Of a stretch of DNA of 64,000 bases, positions 36,810 to 46,680 are shown in pieces; the stretch's first letter is position 1; each line of letters begins with the position of its first letter. The position numbers and the translations under genes were made by a program. Below the pieces are notes generated by a model, which worked only from the letters and a program-made list of their open reading frames with translations, was not told where the DNA came from and did no database searches. This DNA comes from Amoebophrya sp. A120 (taxonomy: Eukaryota > Protista > Dinoflagellata), in NCBI GenBank assembly GCA_905178155.1, contig CAJINV010000010.1:2240778-2304777 (forward strand), read 5' to 3'.

Positions 36810-39800
36810 TCATCTTCCAGAATACGGATGATGTCCTCGTGAATAGGTTGAAGCAGAAGCACGGTACTGATCATAGCCATACCCACGTCCCTTCCAGCTG
36901 CTGTTACGACCTGCCGATATGGCACCATTATATTTCCCGCTACATGCTTGCTTACTCCCTTTCCCACCAAAATACGCAATAAAGTAGTCTTCCGCCTGTT
37001 GAGCCGTTTCGCTGCCGGCGCGCAGCACTTGATTATTTTGATGCAAAGTATTTCTCCTCCTGCTCGTTTCCCCACCGTTGCAATAAGTGTACAACTTCTG
37101 CACCCACTCGGTGCGCAACACCTCCACGCGCGGTTTTGCCAGTAGCCAGTTGTCGATCCAAGCCCGGTCCAGCCAGTGACGGCTGTTGCTCACCGCCTCG
37201 AAGGTCTGTCCGAGGAAGGACAGGTCGCCGCCAAAGCCGGTCGAGTTCCACTGGCACATTTGCCGCCCCGCCAGGTTCTTCGCTGCGTACCGCGGGTCGT
37301 AGCAACACCTCCACATCCTGCTGGGTGATAAATGAAATCTAGCAATACCTACAGTCGTGATATAATGAAATCTGACATTTAATAGAGATGAAGTTAGCTG
37401 TTTGTTCTTTGTAGGTACTAAGTACACAAAGTGCTCACTTCGCCGCCTGCTCCGCCTGTTTGTTCATTTTATTCACCGCGTCAATTTGCATCTCGTCTGC
37501 AAGCTCCGGCGAAATGTGCTCCAGTTTTAACTGCATCTCCACTTTGCCCGACTCTTTACTGAAGTTGTGCTGCGCCACGTTATTCAGGTTAGTACTTTTC
37601 ACGCTGCTCTTGCCGTTTATGCAAGAAAAAAACTGTGCGATGTATCGTGCAGATTGATGCATTTCCTAGCCATAGCCTGTTAGCATGACATCAAACATGC
37701 TCTGCAGGACAGAGAAAGTCTGTCATCAAGCACGGCTAGTATCCGAATCGGTATGATGAAATCACGACGTATGAAATGACCCAGGGTTGTACCACTCGTC
37801 CAGCTTGGCTGGCCGGGGCCGGCATGACACGTGTATTAGCTTATTTGTAGTAAGTAGCATGCATTGCATATAGCTACTTACTATACAGAAGATTTCCTGT
37901 ACTTAACACGGCACGTTTCTTCTTGCATACTGTTTATTTTCTTCGGGGTGGGCTGGTTGGAGCTCTTGCTGTTGCCTTTCTGGTATGCATTGCAAAAGCA
38001 TCACCGTAAAAGAGATCATCGCAGTCATGCATCACAAGCGTCTTTCTTCTAGATGTGTAAATTCTGTTTTTCATGCAGAGAAAATTAATATTAATATTTA
38101 CATTGCTTGACTTCCGGGTTCTGGTAACGCATACCCCCGGCGACAGGTGACCTTGACAGGTGACCTTGACAGGTGACCTTGACAGGTGACCTTGACAGGT
38201 GACCTGGACAGGTGACCTGGACAGGTGACCTGGACAGGTGGGCGCGACAGGTGTTGGCGACAGTCGAACGCCCTTGCCCCACTAGCGTGGCGCGCACTAA
38301 GCGACCACGCGCGCGCCTGGTGTGAGGCAACCCGATGCCGAACTTCCTGCCCCCACTAGTGCCTCGTGCACTAAGCCACTATGCGCGCGCCTGGTGTGAG
38401 GCGAGGGGCGGACGCTGTCCGCCCCGATGCCGAACACCCTTCCCCCACTAGTGCCTCGTGCACTAAGCCACTATGCGCGCGCCTGGTGTGAGGCGAGGGG
38501 CGGACGCTGTCCGCCCCGATGCCGAACACCCTTCCCCCACTAGCGCCACTAGGGATGGGCACAAGGCCCCAGCGTGGGGACCCTGTCCCCACGCGTGGAC
38601 CTTGTTTGTCATGCGATTTCTGCTAGTCTAGGATACTTTTGCAAAGGATATGTGGTTGACTTCTATCCGCTGCCAGGTTCTTCGCTGCGTACCGCGGGTC
38701 TGCGCGATTCCGCATCTTCTTGCGCTTTCCACATTACCATTAGCCGCGAAGGAGTTGCTTTACCTTTTCAAGTAGAACAAAAGAATAGCCGAAGGCTTCC
38801 AACTGCTCGAGGATTTGCTTTTATTTGGATGAAAAAGTAGTAGTCGCGCCATCGGAAGCTCCTACAGAGGTGTAAATACTTCCTATCGCCTTCTTATTTC
38901 CGGCATAGGCTGTGGCTGTAGGTGGCTTTCGAAACTGCAACTGAGCAGGGTTTGCTGCTCGTCACATTTGATGAAATAGAAATACAAAAACTTAAGAGAG
39001 GTGGTGGGGTAACAGTAGCTGGCGCACCCGTTGTAGCTGCGGTTACTATTACAATTATTTTTAAGGAGGTTTGGCAGTCGTGGTGATAAGAAATTACGGC
39101 ACTGAAATCGGAGTAACTCAGAGTGGGTGGGAAGTGATAGTACTTTGAAACAGAAACTCTCTTCGTGCATGTCTTCGTGGGGTAGCTTAGCATCAGAAAA
39201 CGAAACTCCAAGTGGGGTATGGTTCTTTCCTGGCTGCCTGAATCTAGAAGTAAGTCCTTGACTAAAGTAGCTCGTAGCCACTGTCTGTGAATTGCTCATG
39301 CGTCAACGGAGCAAGTCCTGTTTCTTCTGTGCAAAAATTATTGTGAATTGATGTAAATGTACGTGTTGTAAAGAGACAAAAATCATGCTTACGCTGGGGC
39401 CGATTGTGAAAATGAAATAGTACTATTAGAATATAGTAAGGAGTAGGAGTAAGTAAGTGTCTTTTTGCAAAAAGCTGCTTCCTCGCGGTTTGCCTAGTAC
39501 AGACACTAAATGCGCATGCTTTCGTGAAGGGTAGCGCAGAAAGTGCAGAAGACAACAACGAAGAACATCAATGACAGACTTTAGTCCGACACCGACAAAG
39601 CCACTCACACTGTCACATACCAATGGGGTGATTCGCGGCAGCGCGCACCGCGGCAGCGCGCCCCGCGTCACTCGGTCCTGTCCCGACCTGGCCGCCGGCC
39701 GCAGCGCCGGAGGCCGTGGAACCCAGCCGGTCCACCGACGGAGACACAATTCGTCCGCCCGAACGGACTGGAAAATGACCCGCTCCGTCACATACCGTTG

Positions 39801-42387
39801 TGAGGGGCGCGTCGTATTGACGTACACATGTGTAGTGTTGTTGCTCGCTCCCCGAACTGCCCGACACCCCAAAGACACTTGGTGTACAGTAGAGCTGACC
39901 GTGGCAGCAGTCCGCCGTCGAAGATAGTTGTTGGAAGTACTTACCCCACGACAGATCAGTTGTACATGCCGTATTGACGATCGATGCAGCACGTACGTAT
40001 TGACGATCGATGCAGCTTTATCGAAATTTTTTACTACGAAATTAATGCTCAACACCGCCGGGGTGATGAAAAAGTAGAAGCTCAACTACCACATAAGGAG
40101 CGAGAATGCTTTTACTCATCCTCCACAGTCCCGCCCCCAGCATCGTAGGTCTCTTCGAAGCCTTCCCCAAAGCCATTCCCATCTCCAGCGAAATGCTCTT
40201 CCCCTTCCATGATTTCAGGCTCAGCAAGGTGCTCGTTTTCATCTACTCCCCCTTCTAGTCCCAGATGATCCTCGGGTTGTTCAACTCCTGGTTCATCATC
40301 ATACTGGTCGTCATGAAGATCTTGTTGCCAGGTTCTTCGCTGCGTACCGCGGGTCTGCGCGATTCCGCAGACACCAAAGGTTGTGCTCCCGGATCACCAG
40401 AGTGATCGCCTTCTTCTGCGCCCCTTGCAGGTCGCAGAAACGGTCGGTCTGCTGGCGGTCAAGCCAGCCGATGGCGAAGGGAATCAGTGGCATGACTTCT
40501 CTGTCCTCGGCGGGAAGTGTGGATGGCAGGGCCTCGCCACTTTCTAATTTTTGCAACAAAGTCGTCCACTGCCCTCTGCAAAGTCGGCCCACCTCGGTAG
40601 TTTTATTCCGAGCTTGGCGCGCCGCGGATGCTGCTCTCGTGGTCCCTTGCGCTGGCAGCTGCAACTCTGCGTGAAGATTGCGGGATGAGGAAGGCGGGTC
40701 TTTCGAATTACTATTTGTAGCATGGTCCGCTACTGCAGCTGCTTCCGTTGGACAACTCTCTTTTGGAAGAACGTTGATTTCCTTTTCTCCTGTTTCATCT
40801 TCTACTTCGTTGGCCTTCGTAATGATCTCTAGCTTAAGACCCATCGCCTCCTCAATGGCTTCGCGAAAAGTGATTCTTACTCGCTTCTTACTCTTGCCAT
40901 TTTTGCTCGCCAATGACCTCCCTCGATCTTCAACAACGTCTCTTGGTGGAGCTGCCGGGGCTCCTGCAGCTGCTGCGTGGTGTGTTTTCAGAGTTCCGAC
41001 GAAGTCCACCAACTTGTTGAGACAGCGAAAGACTTCCCCGTTCCCGCGTACTTTTTCGTAGACAAACTCCTCCACTTTTTCTATCAAATGCAAAAGTGTC
41101 TGGGTCTGGAAGAGTCATGCTGTTTCTGCATGACACAGAAGGTCTGGCATGGAAGCTATAGCACTACAGGTTTCGAGAAGCTTCCGCAATGCCGAACCCG
41201 CATGACAAATCCCCCATGTTGGGGACAGAAAGTGAGCAGCTTTTGCTACCTATGCATGAGAGATTTTTGTGTGTTCCGAAGTGCGCATCACAAGTTTGTA
41301 TTGTTCCAGACCCAGACATTTTTGCATTTGATATTTTCGGATTGCAAACGATTTTCGTCTTTGGTGCGTTTCTTCTCGAAGTCACCCGCGATATACATTG
41401 CAAATATGTGTGGGTCTGGAAGATGGCAACCTGTCATGCCAAATCTGAATGATGCAAAAAATCTGTGTTGCATGGTTACCAACAGCCGTCCTTTTTTAAC
41501 AAGTTGCCAAGGAATTTCTCATCCAGGACAGGCAAGATAGAGATCCCACAGAATCTGTCATGCCATGTGCTGCATTACAGACCTCATGGGTCATGGAAAC
41601 TGGCATGACAAATCTTACATCCTTCCAGACCCAGACATATTTGCATTTGATACGCGAGCCCGTAGTGCGAGAGGAGGTTGCTGGATGTGATCTGCACCTT
41701 GTGCGGACTCTTGGCTCCCCTGGTTCCCACGAGTTCGCGAAGCGTCAAGGTCAGCAGAGCGTCGCCCACATGCGCTTTGGACTGACCCGGTACTTCCTTT
41801 GTTTTTACGATCTGCTGTGCCTCGAGAAACTCCTGCACAAAGTCGTAGAACCGGTCTGCCTCAACCTGGGACTGCGGATAGTTTTTCAATTGCGAAAAGT
41901 CCACACCGCAGCTCGTTTGCAACGCCTCCACATCCTGCTGGGTGTAGTTCTGAGTGAGGGGAGGAAAGGACGGGGAAGGTTGTGGCTGGAAAAATTTTTG
42001 TTCCTCCACCTCTCGGCCGACAATGTTCAACCCGTCTACAACTTCCCTTTCATTTTCTACCTCTTTGCTTTCAATTTCATCTCGAGGACCATAGGCCAAA
42101 TAGGAATGCTGTTCCGCGTCCGAGACATCAGGAATTGATCCGTCTTCTACTTCTTCGCCCATCTCTTCAGAAACTTCAGCCTCGTCGCTGGTCCCCACTA
42201 GTTGTACCGCACGGGGTTCATCTTGTTCGTCCACAGCGACCACGACTGCTGGTGCACTTTGACTAGTATTTTGATTTTCGTCCTCGTCGGGGTACGGAAT
42301 GAAGTCCTGCGTCATGAACTGCGACGCCTGGCTCCGCACCGCGAAAGCGTCCAGCGCTCGCTCCTCGCTGTGGGCGGCGTTCGCCAT
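36810..42387 (-). CDS. Hypothetical protein (about 665 aa if rejoined) with 2 introners, interrupted by a 3.06-kb composite insertion; may be disrupted
   Basis: 42387-40327 reads in frame through two introners to RADPRYAAKNLA; 37298-36810 resumes DPRYAAKNLAGRQMCQW and runs to a stop. Confidence 0.6.
37270..37298. repeat. Target-site repeat, copy 3 (29 bp)
   Basis: GCCAGGTTCTTCGCTGCGTACCGCGGGTC, identical to 38672-38700 and 40327-40355. Confidence 0.95.
38142..38258 (+). repeat. 13-bp tandem repeat GACAGGTGACCT(T/G), 7 full and 2 degenerate units
   Basis: Directly visible. Confidence 0.95.
38277..38543 (+). repeat. 92-bp tandem repeat (2 copies plus a shorter diverged first copy) containing hairpin GGGGCGGAC-GCT-GTCCGCCCC
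   Basis: CCCCACTAG recurs at 38277, 38351, 38443 and 38535. Confidence 0.9.
38671..38714. repeat. Target-site repeat, copy 2 (44 bp)
   Basis: Identical to 40326-40369. Confidence 0.95.
40112..40327 (-). pseudogene. Orphan acidic C-terminal coding fragment of an unidentified gene
   Basis: Reads QQDLHDDQYDDEPGVEQPEDH...GGGTVEDE-stop, out of frame with the host gene and with no start codon. Confidence 0.55.
40326..40369. repeat. Target-site repeat, copy 1 (44 bp)
   Basis: Identical to 38671-38714. Confidence 0.95.
41082..41333. mobile_element. Introner, family A
   Basis: Direct repeat TTTTC; frame restored. Confidence 0.9.
41392..41652. mobile_element. Introner, family A
   Basis: Direct repeat CGCGA; frame restored. 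Confidence 0.9.
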
Positions 42388-43624
42388 CTTTCTAGAACGG
42401 ACAGGTGTCGTTGAAAAAGCAACCTTATAGAGAACTTCTATATATACTCCTTTACAATTTACAATTTATTCACGAGAAGATCTCGCGGTTGCAGCGAAAA
42501 ATCGACTGCTGGGTTGTAGTACTTCGAACAACAGACGCAAGAAAAAGAAGCAAAGGCTGAAGCATCAAGACAAGTCGCAAGGGAAAAAACGCCATCTTCG
42601 CCACGGCGTCAATACCACAGCTAAGTACCACCTGAGTAGTAGAACATCGTCACAACTCATCCACACGACATCTCTACTAGAGTGCTGCGAGAACCAAAGG
42701 AGAGGCCGCTCCTAGGAGGTTGTCGACCCAGATGAAATCATTTTCATCATTTTCGTTTTTCTTCGTCATCTTACACTTTTGGTTTGCACTGCCTCCTGAA
42801 TCAGGAAGGTCTTCAATCTCTTTTAAGTCTTTGCAATGCAAAATATAAGATGCGGCCATGCTAATAGTTACTTTTCCACAATGAGATGAGCCTTGTTGAG
42901 ATGATCAACTGTTTGTGTAGCTTTCTCTTTGCAGCTGCGGTCCTGCACTGGGGATCGGACTACTGATTATACTATCTTTCTATACAAAATCATAGGAACG
43001 AGTACACACGCACTCACTCCAGTCTAACTGGGCCAAAAAATGGCATGCAACATCTGTCTCATTGATCTGTATGAGACACAGGTCAGCAAAAAAATTAAAA
43101 TGACCTGGGCCAGCTCAACTTACATCTCTGCACCCAAAGAAATGATATAGATAGGCTTAGTAGCGTCTGGCGCCAGCTAAGGGAGTACCGTGCCAATCTT
43201 CAAGGGAGTCAAGGGAGTAAGTTCGAAAAGCGCTCAAGGTTAGCTCATTCAACCAAAACACAGCAAAGCCAAAAAAGATTTATGCGTAATTCAAATTCTA
43301 AAATCATACACAAATCGCCCGGTGGATTTCGACGCGTTTGATGGGACGTCTTTAGGGCGGTGGCGCTTTGCTAAGTGCTACCTCGTTCTGCTTCGTACGA
43401 GACTTTTGAAAATTAGCATAGCGATATATAGGATAGGTTTATGGAAAAGACCGACGAGCATCAATAATTCAGACAAAGACTCCAACTCGGATGTAGACTG
43501 GAAACAAAAATGAGCCCGAGCACTCTCTAACACGTTCAATAGATACCTGTACTTCTTTCTTACTGCTATAAAGCTGTAGCAGGATCCACCTTGAAAGAAA
43601 TTCTCTTCTGATAGACTTCCCCCC

Positions 43625-45916
43625 TTACACCATAGGAGCGTGTAGTTTCATGAACGCGCGCATCTCTTCGACCATCGGCAACGTGGTTGCGTGGTCTACT
43701 GTGTGGTCGCTTTCCAGCAAAGTCTTCCACTCGTCAAAAACCTGATTAGACATTACCGCGTCCCACACCCGTCCAAAGTCCGAATCTGCCGGGGGCTGGT
43801 TGTGGTCAAACTCCCAAAACAGCCATCCCGAGCGGGCGTTCCTCTTCTGATGTCGCGCGGACACTGCGGACAGGGCGCGGAAGGGGCCAATGTACGCCTC
43901 TCCCGCGGCATTCGGATTGCGGACGGCGTCATAGTTCCCAAAGAAACGCTGCCAGCTAGACGAGTGCAACAACATATCGCGCGGCGCAAGGGTCTTCCGG
44001 TTCATGCCGTGGCTCTTGAAAAGAATCGACTGGAAAGAAAGCCACAACTTCTTCGCCATCACAGTGTGTTCGTTCTGCCAAAAATCCAGCGGGTGCACCG
44101 GGTTGCCCGCCGCGTCCGTGTTTTCGCTCGTCCTTTGGGCCGGATTCCGGATTGGGAGTCTCGTGTCTGCGCATTGCCCGGCGATAACTCGATGGAAGAA
44201 CCGATTTAGCCAGCCGAGCCCCCGCCCCAGGCTCCCGTCGATGCCGTTGAACAAGTGGCCGTAGTTGGTGGAGGCGCGCAGGTGCTCGAGGTGATGCGGC
44301 GCGTAGACCAGCACGAATTCGAGAATCTGCAGCTGTCCCTCGGTGAGCTTCCCCGTGCTCCAGTTCCAGTCCGCGTCGGTCCACAGGTCGGCCGGGTCGT
44401 TAATGAAGTGCCTCGTCGTCGGGGCGTGCAGCGTGTGCGACGTGTAGGAAGCCACCCGCTCCAGCAGGCGCAGCGCGTTCCGCTTCTCCGCCACTGTGGG
44501 CAGGTCCGCCTGCAGCACCTCCTGCAGAGAAAAGTTTTTCGGTCTGTCCGGGGCGTCCGCGTCGCGGACCGTCCGCTTCGGGGTGGCGGAGATCAGGCTG
44601 CGCATCACCAGTCGCTCCACCATCGCCTGCCCCTCACCCGGCGGGGCGGGCTTTCTCGTCACGGGGGGAGGCGCCGGCGTCTGCGCGGACCGCGGCCCCT
44701 CCGCGGTCGCCCGCGTGGACGCGTAGTCGATATCGGGATGCGCCGCCCAAGCCGCCTCGCCCCAGGCTTGGAGGAGCGAATTCCGGTCGGTCCGGTCCAC
44801 CCACAGGTTAGCCCCGGTCTGCGGGTCCGTCTGGAGGTACTTGTTCCCGTTTCGGAACATGATGGTGTTCCCGACCTCGTCCGCGCGCCGGGATCCCGCG
44901 ACGATAGCTGCAAACACGAAGGCCCGAACCAACGCCGCTTCGCTGCTCAGGCCGGAGTAGGTTTGCAGCTGTTGCCACAACTGCGGGGCGTTCTTCTTGA
45001 CCATAAACAGGAGATACAGACTGGTCGGGATGTGCCGCACACTCCAGAGCGCCCCGTGGTTCCACGCCTTGTCCGGCTTCGCGTTGCCGACGGTTGCGCG
45101 GGGGTAGGGCATCCCCGTGAGAAAGGTGGACAAATTTTTCCCCAGTTGCCACATCCAGTGCTTTTTCCCGCTCAAAGCCGTATCCACGTAGAAGGCCGGG
45201 GAGGTGGTCGTGGTCGTGGTCGTGTTTCTGTTTCCGGCACCACCACCACCAGCGCTGCTCTTCTCGAACTCGTTTTCAGTAAACAGCTTGTTGTACTATT
45301 GCCACTGGCGTTCGCCCTGCGCCTGAAACCACTTGCGGCACCGGTGTTGATTCTGTGCGCCGACCGCAATCTGGTTGCAGATCGTTTTCCAAATCTGCCC
45401 GTAGGTGTTCGGGAACCCCTTCTGCGCCATCAATTTCCCGACGGAGCTCACACTAGGCGGAAGGATGTAGTTGTCACTTAGTATTCCGTCCGGGTGCGGC
45501 GGGCCGGGTGCAGGCGTCGGCGTCGGATTCGGCGTCGCATTCGGTGTCGGATTCGGTGTCGGACTCGGTGTTGGATTCGGCGTCGGATTCGGTGTTGGAT
45601 TCGGTGTCGGATGCGGCGGTCCTGTTGCTCTATTCTCGTTGTTTCTGTTCACCACCACTGACGCCACCGGCACGGCGACACAGGTGCAAACTGCTAAGAC
45701 TGCGAGCACAATCCAGAGCCAAAGGAATTTCTGGCAACAGGAACGAGGACTTTCGGCCGAACAACCGGAGTTAGAGTTCTTCTGCGCGGCACATCCTGGT
45801 CGGTCCTCTCCGTGGAGGAGCAAACTGTGTTGCTCCTGCTGTATTTCCAAGTCCTCTGCCTCGTGCAAAAATGAACCCCGCTGCTCCCGTGGGGCAACAC
45901 CTCCGGCCAACATCAT
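43625..45916 (-). CDS. Type II membrane protein with PTPN stalk and putative SidE/DupA-like PDE ectodomain; one in-frame TAG (possible pseudogene)
   Basis: ORFs 45296-45928 and 43625-45187 share one frame, separated only by a TAG at 45298-45296; TM helix FLWLWIVLAVLAVCTCVAVPVASVVV; motifs NHG, RRADE, HHLEHLR. Confidence 0.7.
45512..45612 (-). repeat. 12-bp coding repeat (PTPN)n
   Basis: Units of type GGATTCGGTGTC. Confidence 0.9.
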
Positions 45917-45954
45917 TTCTGCGCACAATAAAAATTTGGAAAGTAGTACAAAAT

Positions 45955-46680
45955 ATAGCCGCCGGGGCGGGGGTAGTGAGGTCGTGGGCGTTTTTTTTGC
46001 CGGCCGCAGCCTTGGCCGCGGCTTTGCTTTTTATGGGCTCGCCATACCGCCGTGAGTAACGTTATGCCGCACGGTATGGCGGCCACTTGGGAAACGTCGC
46101 AAATTTTGGCACATTTCCAAAATTCCTTTCCGAAAGCCAGCCCCGATGCTATGGGGCCGATCCGGGTGCCACGGGGGGCGCCCAAAAAGCGAAGAAAAAC
46201 CGGGCCCATAGCATGCGGATTGGCTTTGCGCGTCTGGGGCGCTTTTTATTTTTCGCGTTTTTATTTTTCACGCCGGCGCTTTTTGCAAAGCTTCCCAGGC
46301 TCTAAAACCGGCGAAAAGGCGGCCGCTTTCGCGGCCGCCCAAAATGCTCCGAAATCGCGGCCGTGCCATGCTGTTTCGCTGTTCTGATTTTGGGCGCGTT
46401 TTTTGCGCGCCCCTTTTTGGGCGCCCCAAATCGCCAGAAACCAAGGCGGCGGGCGCCTCAGAAGGGCGCCCCTTTTGCCGGCTCCCCTGCGTCGTTTTAT
46501 CAAGTGCGAATCGATAGTTTTCAACCGGGCTTGTTTGATGGCAACGCCCCGGCCGCTTGACAATTGAAAATTTTTTCTGTCAAAAAACACTTCCGCCCGC
46601 TTCAAAACTGCCGGTCGTTTTTCACGGGAGGTGGCAAAAAAACTCCCCGGTTAGAACCGTTCGGTGACCTCACTACATAC
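45955..46680. mobile_element. MITE/HINE-like GC-rich non-coding element
   Basis: 11-bp inverted repeat GTAGTGAGGTC (45973-45983) / GACCTCACTAC (46666-46676) bounds a compositionally distinct block of GC patches and A/T runs. Confidence 0.45.

Larger units (their letters stand above)
38085..38604 (+). mobile_element. Non-autonomous Helitron-like insertion with internal tandem repeats
   Basis: Absent from the paralogous site at about 56566; inserted at AAA|TTT with no evident TSD; perfect 10-bp GC-rich hairpin 10 nt before a CTTG end. Confidence 0.55.
37984..38650. mobile_element. Introner, family H (duplicate of 56466-56612) carrying a nested insertion
   Basis: Same ends and same TCTGG/TGTGG flanks as 56466-56612. 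Confidence 0.85.
37385..38671 (-). pseudogene. Duplicated, unspliced fragment of the CAP-D3 3' end region
   Basis: Colinear high-identity match to 55855-56633, including the family H introner, apart from a 520-bp insertion. Confidence 0.9.

Noticed and set aside
45296-45298. Genome-wide stop-codon reassignment
   Set aside because: CWC27, CAP-D3 exons and the membrane paralogs have no internal stops over thousands of codons.
44255-45481. 408-aa plus-strand ORF
   Set aside because: It is the antisense of a GC3-rich minus-strand CDS and has no independent motifs.
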